Shown here: in pieces, positions 40,409 through 54,102 of the stretch
Numbering within the stretch: the stretch's first letter is position 1
Layout of the letters: each line of letters starts with the position of its first letter
Assembly (NCBI GenBank): GCA_000165425.1
Contig: CT868004.1
Span: 62,001 to 126,000, forward strand
Direction of reading: 5' to 3'
Length of the DNA: 64,000 nucleotides
Origin: Paramecium tetraurelia
Lineage: Eukaryota
Program-made: the position numbers and the translations under genes
The notes under the pieces: model-generated
Told to the model about the DNA's origin: nothing
The model's input: only the letters and a program-made list of their open reading frames with translations
The model's database searches: none

Positions 40409-42044
40409 ATGTCAGAGAAATTGCCTTAGATTCATAAAGTGAATAAAAGTGACATTCAAAGTCCATTTCGATATCCGTCAGACGAAGAGGTGTTTTTGTT
40501 TAGAGAACAAGATCGTAAAAAGCAAGAGGCTCAAAACAATGGAGAGATGCATATATGGGACAAGAAAACTGCTACGAATAGAACTTAATTAAAGCATTTC
40601 AAAGTATAATTGTTACATCATTTTTAGTCATATGAGACTTAAATTGATGATAAATTTAAATCAAAAACTGCGTATAATGATAAGGATAAGAAAGTAATAA
40701 ATGAGGCATTGCAAATAATTCAAGAACGAAAGAAACAAAGAGCGAAGGGAGTATCAAAGGAACCTATTGTTACCCTCTTGGAATAGAAGAAGGAAATGTT
40801 TTTAGTATCAAAGGCTCACGGGATAATTGAGGAGGAGATCGATAAGTTAAAGTTAATGTCAAAGGAGAAGAAGGAGGCTTTGGAATAGAGTTTGAAAATG
40901 TTGGAAACTGATAATGAGAATTTCTAAAAGTACTTGGATACTAATAAATAACAAAAATTGGATGCAGAACAGAAAGCCGATTAAGAAGTAAAGGAGAAGA
41001 AAGCAAAGGAATCTGAGATCAAGTCTATCAACATAAAGATAACAAGTTTGAGGGCAGAGAAAACAAGGAATGAGGAAGCTGTTAATAATTATATGGATCA
41101 TAAGAAATTCTTGGACAAGTTGGCTCCAAAGGAGTGGCATGACGCAAAGGAGAAGAAACGATAATAATTAGTGAATAGATTGAAGGAGGAATTAATCAAA
41201 ATTAAGGGTCTATCGGATAAACAATTTTAATAAATGGTAGATAATAAAAAGCTGTAATAAAATACAAATTGATATTTATTAGAGATGAATTGGAAGAATT
41301 TGAAGACGAATATGAAATGTATTTTAAATAACCATCTTAATTGGTGGAGATATTTAATGATTTGGAAGAAAGAAATTTATTTTTAATATAAACTACTTAA
41401 GATGCAGAATAAAACTTGGAAGAATTGAAAACTAAATTCAATAAAATAAAAAAGTCCCTTGATGATAAAGTATTTACACTACAATAGAACAAGGAGCAAT
41501 TGAAAAAGAATTATGAAGTAAATGATATATAAGCAATATTAGAATGTGTGTTAATAAATTAAGACATTGTAATTAAAAGGAACAGAGAAGAATGCTAAGA
41601 AAGATCATAAAGAACTGAGGAAATAAATAATTGAAGTTTGTGAAAATTTCCCGAATGAAATTTAAGGAGTGCATGATTTGTAAAACAAAGAGACTTTGGA
41701 TATCTTGGTTCAGATTGAATTGCATCTAGAGAGACAGTTGAAGTAGATTCGATCATTTCGACCAGATAGAGTTGAGAGCTTTGTAAATAAATGAATGATA
41801 AATGTAGAGATAAGAATGTGAAAGAGATTGGAAGGTTAAATAAAGGGATTCAAACAACTTAAAATTAAAGCAGGAAGAAGAGAGAAGAATCAAAGCCAAT
41901 TAAGAAAAGATAATGTAACCAAGCAAGAAGAAAACTGGAAGATAACCAATGTTTCGATCTAAGCCATTTGATAGAGTCATAGTCTAATAGGAGGAGAGTG
42001 TTAATAATGAGGAATTGGAAGATTAAAAATACTTCATGGAATGA
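40409..42044 (+). CDS. CFAP100: Cilia- and flagella-associated protein 100 (CCDC37/DUF4200 family)
   Basis: SPFRYPSDEEVFLFRE, IWDKKT, EQKKEMFL, HKKFLDKLAPKEW, MYFKQPSQLVEIFNDLEERNLFLIQ..QDAE and an MFRS..KYF tail. Confidence 0.88.
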
Positions 42045-42295
42045 TGATTCCAATATTCAAGCATTTGATTATTATTATTATTATTATCTATAAAATTTAG
42101 ACTTATCTTCTTTTGCATTTCTGATATTGTTTCATCTTTAAAGAATCAAATTAGTTCCTTTGAATGAGGATAGTATGGAATGTTGTTTATTATTTATAAA
42201 ATCATTTAAATGATATATTTTATGAAATGGCTAATTAACAATATTATTATGTCATTAATTGATAATTAATTTGATGCAATAATATTTTATAAATA

Positions 42296-44348
42296 ATGAT
42301 ATAAAAGTGTAAGGAGGGTCTTAGATAAATTGATATATTTGGATAAACTATTAATCTGAGTTTTAGATAGGAAGAGCAATACAAAACAAGTATCGGAGGA
42401 TTTCTATCAATTTGTATGATAGCTACAATCATAAGTTTCTTTTATTCCAACATCATAAACTTTTTTGCAAAATTAAACGTAACTTCTACATCAGAAATTC
42501 ACATTTGCCAATGATCCAGACAATTTGAAATTGGATAAAGATCATTTTATGTTTGCTGTTTAGATTGAATAAGATAATTTCACTACTAATCCTTTTTTCA
42601 ATATCACAGTTGAGCAGCGTCATTATCATCGATATCCCAATGGCACTCAATATCGATATCCAAATATATATATTGACTTGGTACCCTGTACGATCGACCA
42701 TTTTTCATACCTCTTCGAATTGTACAGTGTCAATTTTACAGATTAGTTTGAGTAGTAAAATCTAAAAAATTTCCTTTGTCCAAATTTAAACTTTATTCAT
42801 AGTTAGAATCTGACTGTGGGAGGAGTTTGGGCAAGCACTGATTATTACTTCTTAAAATTCTCTGTTACTAATTGCATAAATTCATCAAACAATAATTTCA
42901 CTTGGAAACCAACATGCAAAACTTCAGATGAAATAGCAAGTACCTTAAATTATCAAGGGAGTTTTCGATTTCAGGTTTTTACAACCAACTTTGTATGTTA
43001 ATATACTTAACTATATAGTTAATCAATCCAAATAGACCAAAAGATTTTGTTTAACCCTTTTTAGCGACTGATTAATTCTACACATTCGTACCAGATAAAA
43101 TGTTTGTTTAATCTGACATATTTTTTCGGACAAAGAAAGTGACAACCGATTAAGGAATTCTCATGTATCCAGATAAATTATATGATGCCTTTGCTTTTAG
43201 GGATTACGGGGATTAAAGAGAACAATTTGAAATATCCAGGATAACTCCAAATTATTATGGAGCCTTCTACTTTTAGAGAAGTCCCTATTCATATCAGATC
43301 AATAGGAAGTTCTTGCGTTTGGACGAATTGTTGAGTTATCTAGGAGGATTCACTTAGTTTATGATGGTTGTAGTTGGAATTCTAGTTAGATTTTATAACA
43401 GACAACACCTAATAGTTTCCATAGCCAATGATCTTTACGAATATGACATGAGTTTGAACAGAACTACTACTTAAATGAATTTTAATACCCTTCTAGAGAA
43501 GAAGGAGAGAAGGGAGACACAAAAACAAAAGACAAAGAGCAATCATTAGGCCTTGCCAAAGATTGAAGTGATGACTACTTTCTAAAACAAACCTGATATG
43601 TTACAAAATACTACTCCAGCGAAAGATGATTCAGAGAGATTTGAATAAAAACATTCATTGGGATATAATCAGCCAGCATAAACTAGATTGAGTATTCTCA
43701 AAGTAAAGGCTTTTGAGTATTTTGATGACTTTAGGGAATTTATAAAAAAAAAGTATGTAATCGGTCTAGGATTTCGAGTTATTCTGAGTTCGATTATTCC
43801 TCTAGAATCCATAAAAAATAATGATTGCGTGGTACTTCAAAGCGCCATGTACTATTTATAGAGTATCTTAGTGATTAAGTGAATAAGGAATTAGATATAG
43901 AATATATCATAAAATAACTTCATGAGCTTGCAAAACTAAAGAAGGTTTTGTTCACTGAAGAATAGATCACATTATTTAATTTCAGTAGAAAACCTAAAAT
44001 TGCCTTAATACAAGAAGGGAAGAAACGAAGATCTACAAAGTAAAAATGATATTTAAACCTAGATATATAGCTAATGAGTCTGTTTCAGCAGAAGAATAGG
44101 GATTGCTTCGGTAGTTTAATAATTTAGTGACTTCGTATTATAAGATTATGGGTGAGGATTACGAGAATTAAACTCAAGAATAAGTCCGATTTAATTAGAG
44201 ACTCATAATACTGTTGGGTAGTGAATTGATGAATGTTTTGGAGAAGGAGATTTCTCAGCAACAGCATTTGGATTCAGAAAACAATGAAGTGAAAGAAGAT
44301 GAAAACCTGATTAGTGATAAGGAGGTACAAAATGAGAAGAAAGATTGA
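42296..44348 (+). CDS. Two-TM protein of a ciliate-expanded family with a large Cys-containing luminal/extracellular loop
   Basis: IDIFGQTINL..YKTSIGGFLS then TM1; loop with LVPCT, FLCPN, TNC and PTC; RKFLRLDELLSYLGG then TM2; cytosolic ELDIEYIIKQLHEL.KLKKVLF..Q..LFNF..KP. Confidence 0.85.
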
Positions 44349-44467
44349 AGTAGATGTAATTTATTATATAATTAATTTTCTTTTTATCTAAAAAAGGGAT
44401 AATAATAATAATTCTAACAATCACCTAAACACTAATTTCAATTATTTTTAATTTTTAAGAATTAATT

Positions 44468-47400
44468 ATGCTTGAAGAAATATTGCTGAGTGGAATCGCA
44501 GTCAAAGAGATAGCTTGTCATTCCAATATTACCTTAATAGGAAACTAGGTTGAAGAGCATTACAAATGCACGGACTCATCAATTACTTAATTAATAGAAG
44601 ATATAATTTATGTTGTGTATGTTTAATTGTGTATATAACGATAGAAAGGTTACGAATGGGTAGACTGTATCGATTCATAAATATGAAATGAAAGATTTAT
44701 TTTGTAAGCAAATATCATCGACAAGTGAGTACCTCAATTTTTCTCATTTAATTACTTAAAATGGATGTGTTATAATGAAGGAAAACGATATCCCCTATTT
44801 ATTGGTGGTGACACAAACAGGATAAATATTTTATAAGAATTTAATTTCTAATGCTTCTAGCATAATTAAGAATTTAATGGTGAATAATCAAAGAATTGTG
44901 TGTCTGGCTAAATCAGTAACAAATAATAATAATTAACTCAAATTTTATGTGTTGACTGAAACTAATTAATTATATTCTATAATAATAGATGTGCGCAAAA
45001 GTGAAATTATGAAAAACAAATAATAACTAAGTTTTGGTACCAAATTTTTAAGTAAATTTTTTGGTACACAAACTAATGATTGGAAGACTGCCTATTAAAT
45101 TAATGACAAACAAATAATCTACTACTCCTTCTAAACTTAATTTCATCTGTTGGAAATTAAGGGAACCGATTTCTCAGCCAGGCAATTATAGGTTGAAGAC
45201 AATGTCAAAGTTAAATAAATAGAAGTGTTCTAACATAGACCCAATGGGTAGACTACTTTATGTTATCTACATTAAAATCAATTGAAAGTCTATTCACTAA
45301 TAGGAAATTAATTACGAATAAATTGTGTCATTTCATAATTGGATTTCTTATAAAACATAACTTTCAGCATCAGTAGTGTCTCCAATACTATAATTTTGAT
45401 TTAAGGATGCGAAATCTATCAATTAGTCATAGAGAGCAACTCTTTTGAATTGGTTAACTCAAATAAAACTCCAGTTTTAGGTTTCATCAACCAAGATGAT
45501 TAATTGCTGTTGTTCTATAGAAATCATATTTCCTTTATTAATTAAGTTTAAGATCAGATTAGTAAGAGATAATATTAGTTAAGACAAGAGATCAAGAAGT
45601 TCAAAAAGGATGTGGAGAATCAATATAAACTAAAAGATGAAGAGTTAATCCTTCAATCGATCTCGATTGATTCTTTTGTGGAGAATAAGCTTGATCAATT
45701 TCAAACCCTCATCAAGTTTATGCATCGAAATTTAGACCAAAGAAGAATGATCCAATTGATGAGATAACAATATAACAACTTTTGCATTGAGGACTTTATG
45801 AATGAAGTAATGGATTAGTTGGAAGATATTTACTATTATTTGAAACCAACCATTCAAATGTTAGACTTGGATTTCAATCAAACCTACAACCTATTGAGTT
45901 AATAACTTATGTGCTTGGATTAATTCTTGATGCATGTCTTTTATGATGAACTCTAAAACAACTAAGAAGCTCGATAAGAACAACCTGTAAAATTGTCATT
46001 GCTAAGATCCTTAGTAATCAATCAACTCAAAGACTATTACAATATGTATTTGGAAATCTACATTGGTCTGGCTGTCCTTGCCAATATATCCAACTTTCAA
46101 TTAGATCTCCAAAATGATCATAAGTTATTTTATGATACTATGCTTCTCTTAACTTTATTATAAGACAAGGTCTACGTATCCTTCCAAGATCTAGTTAAGA
46201 GAAAATTCTAATAAGTGTCCAATGATATTTCGTTGCAGAAATTAAATGGCATCCAAAATGTCGTCTATAAATTTATTAACATAATCTATAAGGAAATGTA
46301 CAGGGATTTTGCCATTCCAGAGGAGTTATTATGTGAGGCTTTCGTAGATAATTAGAAAAGATCTCTGATACAATAAAATAATGCCAAAGAACTTATTAGG
46401 CATTACAAAATAAGTGAATAGATTGGATTACAATAACATAAGATTACTGAATTTATAAATGAAAACGAGGATCATTATCAAGAATTAAAATTGAAAATCT
46501 CTTTTTATCTGCAAGAACAACAGGACTCTTACAGAGATGATAAACAGGAGGTACTATTAAAGAAATTGATAAGTTTTGCTATTAAATAAGAGCAATATCA
46601 ACTTTTGTTTTAAATTTTGAATATGAATGAAACGAATTAAATAAATGAGCAACTATCGTTAATGATTGAGAGCAATCAGTTATTTAAATGCTAACTAAGT
46701 AAGTTTAATTACAAAATATGATAGATGCAAGAACTACTGATCAAATTGCGGAATTGCTGCTTCAATATTCTCGTGAGAAATGTCTAAACTTGAATAAAGG
46801 GGAGAAGATACTTCAATACTTCAGTTTTCTATTGAGACAAGAATCTAAAATTAAGGTATTGAATTTTTAAATAATATGGAATAGGCTTTTACTTTGTTGT
46901 TTGAGTATATCGTCAATTTGGAGATGTTGTTATTCACTTTAAAGTTTAAGAATGTGGATCGGGCAGTGAAGATGTAATTGGATTATATCAAAATATTGTT
47001 GCATCAGATGGAATTATAGAGCAGGTAAGACCAATTGCCTTATTCAAAATAATTAATTTGCAAGTTGAGTGATTAGAATTACGAGCAATTTAAGAATCCC
47101 AGCACCATTAATGATAGATCTGAAATTGATTCAGCATCGCCAACAAACATCAGGATAGTAAACTAAGAGCAGATAATAAAATTTAAGAAATACAAGGAGA
47201 TTTAACATTATGTCTGTGTCCATTATACTCCTTATGCATAACTCAATAAGGTTGTAGAATAATTGATATTCAGAGGAAATCTGGATTAATTGATCAATGT
47301 CTTTGAATTGAGTTTCGATCCTAATTTTGAGAGGAATATAGTGTTTTACTATTTTAGCAATGAGGGATAAAGACTAGAGTTGTTAAATAAGGTGAAACCA

Positions 47401-47568
47401 TTTTTGAGTCAAAAGGAGTTTGCAATAATTCTGGCTTAGATTTGTGTGGTTTGCAATTTGAATTTTGAAAAGTGCAAAGAATTGTTTAAGATGGTGTAGT
47501 GTCAAGAATACTTTTTACAATATCTGATTAATGTTAACAAGGAAGCCATCGCATATATGATAGTCTGA
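44468..47568 (+). CDS. Protein of about 1000 aa, beta-rich N-terminus plus alpha-solenoid; possible Nup160/Nup120-like nucleoporin
   Basis: Long code-6 frame with three tiny introns, so the gene itself is well supported. The Nup160 call rests on weak remembered similarity of C-terminal segments. Confidence 0.6.
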
Positions 47569-47675
47569 TTGTTATATTCATTTTATAAAAATTTTAGGAA
47601 AAACAGCATATTTAAAATATAACTATCTGTCTTGTTAAAATATATATAAATATATTACATACAATTAATTTAGAA

Positions 47676-50314
47676 ATGATTGATAATAAGAATGCCCTAA
47701 TTAGTTGTAGCGCATTTAAAGAGAGTGGTGTTTTGAAGGGATGGTGCGAAAGATTGCTGATTTATGATTTATTGAAACAAGTAAAATTTATGATAGATAG
47801 AGAGGTATTGAGATACATAGACGTGAAGGGGTAAACTCAAAAGTAGTTGTTAATTGAAAATTACATTATCCATCCTGTTGGTTTTCATTAAGGAAAGTGG
47901 TCAATTAAATTTAAGACTCAATAGGAAATTGAACCGAGAGTGGCAAGGTTTGGTTGGACTAATCAATCGGAAGCCCTCCAGTGGTACGATTACTTCAACG
48001 GAAAATATTTGACTTAGAAAATCAAAAAAGAGAACATGGAGAGGAATCTCTAAGAATGGGATAAATTTATGCCTGAATCTGAACGAGTGGTGAATCAAAT
48101 AGTGCCTACGATGGATATTAAACCAAGTTAAATTTCAAGAATGAGACAACTCATACCATTATTACCACAATTTTTATAAGTATAATAATATTATTAAAAT
48201 TAGAATGATATTGAAATTATATTAGAAAATACATTTGAAAATTTATAAGGTTTTTCAGACATCCATTCCTTTAAAGTGTTGCATCAATCTCAAAATAAAG
48301 TACTCTATCAAGATTCTAAGGATCCTTTGCATATGCGATTCTTTCTGAAATCTGAAATGTCTCCAACCAAAATATTTGATGTACCCCAAATTAATATATT
48401 TTAATAGGAACTATCAACACATAATTTCATAGATAATTGGAGTCCTCAAGTATCCATCTACTAAGTGTATCCGACTAAAAAAGACTGTGCTATAATCTAT
48501 ACTGAATTTGATCTAAGCAGAAATACATAAGAGAAGATCGATGAAATAGAATTTGCAGGAACTTACAATTTTCAGTAAAAACAAAAGCAAAACATACAAA
48601 ACGAAAAGATAAGATTGATCTACACATAGAAACACTTTCAAATTGATGAAAGTGCTTATTGCATTCTGAAAAAATATATTGGTAATGAAATACATCACAA
48701 TCAATTTGATAAAGACAGAATCGATGGGACTGATGAATATAAAATCACCAGATCATGTGTTCTAATATAAGCATAATAAGATGGCGATTACAAAACCTAA
48801 ATTATTGAAGACATGTATTTGTAATGCTAAAACGGAGAAAAGGGTGAGGAGGTTATGAAACGATTCCTTCTGTCATTCTCAAACATTGATGATCAAATAT
48901 TAGAAGCTGATCACTACATCAAATAGAAGACAGAACATGTGCTTATCAAGAATGAGGATGATATTGAGAACTTTCAAATTTCATTTATTCAAATAGAGGA
49001 GTAAATACATAGAATTACCTCTGAAGAGCATCAACAATAATCTATCTAAGAATATCAAGAAATATTGAATTTAATCTAAAGTGGATATTACATCCAACTA
49101 TCCATCAATAGATAATTTAATCAAAATATTTTACCCGGATTGGATAAATAATTGGAAACCTCCAAGGAAGACGGCCATTTCTTACTAACTAAATATTACG
49201 AACTTGACCCCAAGAAGGGAGGCTTAATTTATACTAACAAAAAATTAGTCAGCGATTAAAGAAGTGTCCTATTAGACATCATTAAGAGGATGGGTTCCAA
49301 TTTGTTAAGTGGCAAATCTTTGATGTCTGTCTCCTTGCCTATTCAGGTCTTTGAATCTAGGTCATTTTTAGAGAGAATGGCAAGAGCATAAGGCCATGCT
49401 CCCATCTTTCTTGAAAAAGCAGCCTAAACAATGGATGTTATGGAGTAGATGAAATTAACAGTTGCCTTTTAGATGTCGAGTTTTATGATGGGAATCTAGC
49501 AAGAAAAACCATTCAATCCTATTATTGGAGAAACCTTTGAAGGTAGAATTAAGGGATGTCCAATATATTTGGAACAGACCTCCCATCATCCACCGATATC
49601 AAATTATATCATGTATGGAAGGGGATATAAGCTATTCGGAGCATTTTGTCCTGTTGTTAACATGGGAACTAATAGTTTGGCAGGTGAGCAATAAGGTCAT
49701 TCACAAATTCTGTATCAAAACACTAATCTCAAATTTTATTATCTGGCTCAACCATTTATGCTCTATGGAGTTTTGCTTGGCTAAAGAAGTGTCAATTGTC
49801 ATAAGAGGAGTTTTTGTTTCTAACCTGAACATTAATTGTTAATGGAAATCATATTTAACCCCAAGGACAAGTCCTCAAGCTTTTTTAGCTCCTCATAACA
49901 AAAGATAGATGCTTTAGTTGGCAAAGTTTGTAAAGTAACTCCAGGATGCATTGAAAAATGTTTAAAGGCTCATAAAACAAAATTCAGGAATCAAGTTGAA
50001 AATTCTACCATAAGAGATTCTAGACACTTACAATTACTAGTATCAAAGGTAGATGGACATCTTATATATAATTTGATAATGTTAAATATTGGGATATTGA
50101 TCTACACAGGTATAATATATCTAATTCTAGACCTTATGTTCTCGAGTTGGAGTCGTCTCCATTGCCATCCGATTGTCTCTATAGATTGGATTTGTTATTT
50201 ATGAAGATGAAGGATATCTCTAGAGGATAGGATGTAAAAGAACAAATGGAAGTGGATCAAAGAAAGGATAAAACTATAAGAGAAAAATTTAAGAAGAAGA
50301 AAAAATAAGGTTGA
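47676..50314 (+). CDS. Oxysterol-binding protein-related protein with N-terminal PH and START-like domains
   Basis: ORD motifs SVSLPIQVFESRSFLER, KPFNPIIGETF, EQTSHHPPIS and LPSDCLYRLD. PH motifs KGWCERLLI..EALQWYDYF. The central SPTKIFDEL...NWSPQV segment is START-like. Confidence 0.9.
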
Positions 50315-50331
50315 ATATGAAATCAATATTA

Positions 50332-51654
50332 TCATCGATTAATACATCCTAAAGCAATTAAAGCTTTAGTTAAAAATCCTTCGTTTTAACAACAACTACC
50401 TTATGATTGTTTTTGATCTTATTAGCGTTAGAACTAAAATTATAAACTTCTAAATTTCATAGCTTCCCATTCTTAGATTGATGATTTTTAAACAAAATGA
50501 CCGTCGAAAATTTTGGATTAGCATTCAAGAACTTCAGAAGTATAATGAGTTGATTTGAGAGATATCATTGAAGAGCTTCTTATCGACCCTTTTCTGTCTT
50601 ATCCTTATGACAACATCCATTGATGATTTTTGATCTGATCAATGGAAGGCCTACAAGTTATTCTATATTAAAGTAGACTGTTGATTAAGGACTTGCATTC
50701 ATCAGAAACATCGTATTCGTATTCCAATTGTCTTCTTGATAGTATTTTTTAGCTCTTTTCTAAAAATGTCATTCCTTAAAATGGTGTTTTTCCTTAAACC
50801 ATTTCATATAACAACACACCTAGACTCCATAGATCCGATTTGTAATCAGTTGTTTATGATTGTATCATCTCAGGCGACATATATTCAGTAGTACCACAGA
50901 AAGCTTTGTGATAATTTGGCATTTATGTAGCCCATCCAAAATCACCTATTTTTAAATCTCCAGATTTAGTTATTAATATGTTTTCAGGCTATTTTTAATT
51001 TTCTATTTGTACTTTTAAATCTCTGTGTACAATCTTCATTTTATGCATATATTCCAAACCAGCTAGCAGTTGGGAAAAGTATTATTATGCTTCTTTCTCT
51101 TACAAGCGTTATTTACGTTTTATCAATTAAAAAAGAGAGCCCTATTCTGCATATTCCAAGATTAAGAAGACACTATATTGTTTTAAGTTACATAACAGTA
51201 CTTCATCTAATCTTCGTAACAGTAGCATAATTTTAAAATATTTGGATGACAAAGCTTTTTTTATATCAATATTTCTCTTTTTAAGTTTTCTATAGATTCC
51301 TAGCCCTTAAGTTTTGATTTACTAATCTACAATATTTGATCAAAATTTTACAGTCTTTCGTGCATAATATATTCGACTGTTAATATCTCTCACTAGTGAA
51401 ACTGACCCATATGCTCCAGAACCTAAACATTATTCAATTATTTGAAAGTCCCTTTGAAAATTAATGATTTTATACTTTTCACTTTTCTTTTAATTGTTGT
51501 TTCCTTAGCTCCACTGAGAGTCAATATAACATAACCTAATAACTCGTCCAATATAATACAATTCATTCTTATTCTAAGCAGGACCATGATCACTTGCTTA
51601 TTAAAACACCTTTTAATTCATATCTTCTTTTTTCTTAATAACGATTTTGTTCAT
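50332..51654 (-). CDS. Aurora-like Ser/Thr kinase
   Basis: LGSGAYGSV, LILEYAEQGSL, VHRDLKPEN, KIGDFGW (the DFGW Aurora signature), FCGTTEYMSPEM, DLWSLGV. Confidence 0.88.
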
Positions 51655-52508
51655 TATAAATACTTAAGAATTTGAAGATATTAATTTATTTGGATCAATT
51701 TGTTTTCAAAATATATTATAGTAAAATACACGAAATAATTTAGATACAAAAGCACAAGGACTTTAAAATCAGATTAATGGTGTACTATTCCAACTCATTA
51801 ATTAAATTATAAATAATTAGACATTTACAATTAATACGCTAAATTAATCAAAATCTCAGATTTCCTTCTTTTTACTTCCAACATCAAATTATATTGATTA
51901 CACTCTAAGTTAGTCCTTCCGAGTATCGATTAAATATTTATAATTGGTCATATTTTTATTCTCACTCAAAGAATTACATTCGATAGAAATAACATATAAG
52001 TATTGATTGATGAATTAATTAAATGTTATACATATAAAATAAATGTTAAGATTGATATAGTGTTATATTTGTATAAGTACAAAAAGTAATAAACAAATTC
52101 TATCATAATAACTAATAATTTCAGATAATCCAATAAACATATAAATTTAGAAATTCAAGGGAGTGATTGGAGTAAATATGATGTTGAATTTATTTTCATA
52201 TAATCATCATAAATCTGAGTAATTCTTTTTAATTAAATATATGATATAATTGCATTATAGAACCAATAAGAATCTCATTATTATGATTCTCAGCATGCTT
52301 ATTAAAGTTTATAAATACTTAATAACTTTAATTTATGATAATAGTATTGGATGTCAATAATGAAAATTGATAATTTGATTGAAAGATTAACAAGTAAGTA
52401 TTACATTTTAATTGCTATAATATTTAGTAATACCTAATATTGAAATGTATTATATGAAATGGATTTTATTTATGATTAAATATATTTTTAATAAATTAAC
52501 TGTTTATA

Positions 52509-53973
52509 ATGAGTTAACTGAAGAAATTAAATCAGCAGGTTAAATAAGTGAAATGCATAACACTATCCGCTAATTAATCTCATCATTCTCATCAGTCATC
52601 AGTGAAAACTCTACCAAAACCAATAGCATCCCGTCCTGTAACTGCGATTACTAGGAATACTAATAGAGTGGAGGCTGTGAAAATAGATTTGGTCAAATAG
52701 AAAAAGCAAATAACAAATATTAGCGTGACTAGATCTACTTCTTCTGCTCGTACAAGATCTGCTTCTAATGGACCCAAAGAGGAAAAAATCCCAAGAATTT
52801 TAGGAGACTTATTAGGTCCTGAAGTTGATTTGGCAGATTGCTAGGATTTCTTATTGTAATTGAATGAGCCACAATTTAAGATGGATGAAGACTTAATGAA
52901 GGAACGTGTGATTTTGGCTAATAGGATAGCAAATACAATTAAGGTGAAAAAAAGAATACCGACAACCACAGCAGATTATTATAAGGTTTAATATATTGGC
53001 TTAAAATAGGCAGCTGTGTTCTGTTATAGGGAAAGGCGCTTTTGCTAAGGTTTGCTTAGGAATTCAGATTTTGACAGGAGTAAAAGTGGCAATGAAGATT
53101 ATTGAGAAATCAAGTCTCAAAAATGAAAGTGCCAAAAAAAGGTTGATGCAAGAAATCACTTTAATGAAACTCTTATAGCCATACAAATGTTGTATTCGAT
53201 TATATGAAGTCTTCGAAACCAAAAGATAAATCTATTTAATTATGGAATATGTTGAAGGAGGAGACTTAATCAAGTTTACCAAAGAAAAACCATTATCTGA
53301 ATAGATGGCCAAGAATATATTTGGATAATTGGTGTTAGCACTTTAAACATTGCAAAATCATAATATACTACATAGAGATATTAAATTAGATAATATTTTA
53401 TTGTAAGGGGAATAAATTAAACTGTGTGATTTCGGTGTAAGCAGATAGATTGTAAAGGGACAAAAAATACTAGAATAATGTGGAACTCCTGCTTATTTGG
53501 CCCCAGAAATAATGACATAAAAGACTGGATATGAGGGTTTCGCTAGTGATATCTGGAGTTCGGGAGTCCTTCTGTATATTTTATTGGTTGGCAAAACGCC
53601 ATTCAAGGGCAATAACATGAATGAACTCAATCAGTAGATTTAGAGTGGACTCTTGAATTTTATGGAAATTAAAAAAGCCAATCTCTCAAATGAAGCAGTG
53701 GATTTGATGAAATCAATTCTAAATATCAATCCAAAATTGAGATTTACATTAATGGAAATCATGAAACATACTTGGATGAAAGAAATCGATTTTAAATAAA
53801 TTAAATAATAACCTAATACAAATTTAGATTTAAGAATTATTTGTTAGGTATATTATTGATTTAAACTCATTTAGATTGAATAATATGGCTACTAAAGAGA
53901 AGTTATAATCAAAACTTTATAAAGCAAGACATTAAGCCACATATCTGCTCTTTATTGGGCTTTATATTAGTGA
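52509..53973 (+). CDS. CAMKL (MARK/SNF1-like) Ser/Thr kinase with C-terminal UBA-like segment
   Basis: IGKGAFAKV, VAMK, HRDIKLDN, CDFG, CGTPAYLAPE, DIWSSG; tail IEQYGYQREVI..HISALY. Confidence 0.93.
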
Positions 53974-54102
53974 TACTTATATATGTACATCAAGAAACTT
54001 ATTAATATTTAAGTACAAATCAATATTTTAAGCTTTATTAAAATAGAATTCTAGAGAATTTATAAGATTTATGATTCTTTAATGATTATATTTATTTATT
54101 GA

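Noticed and set aside
42041..42124. ATGATGA...CTGA resembling a C/D snoRNA
   Set aside because: The C box overlaps the CFAP100 stop codon, the interior is (TTA)n low complexity, and I saw no guide or terminal stem.
47781..47804. Possible first intron of the OSBP gene
   Set aside because: The frame is open without splicing and the TAG acceptor would shift it, so it cannot be called without cDNA.
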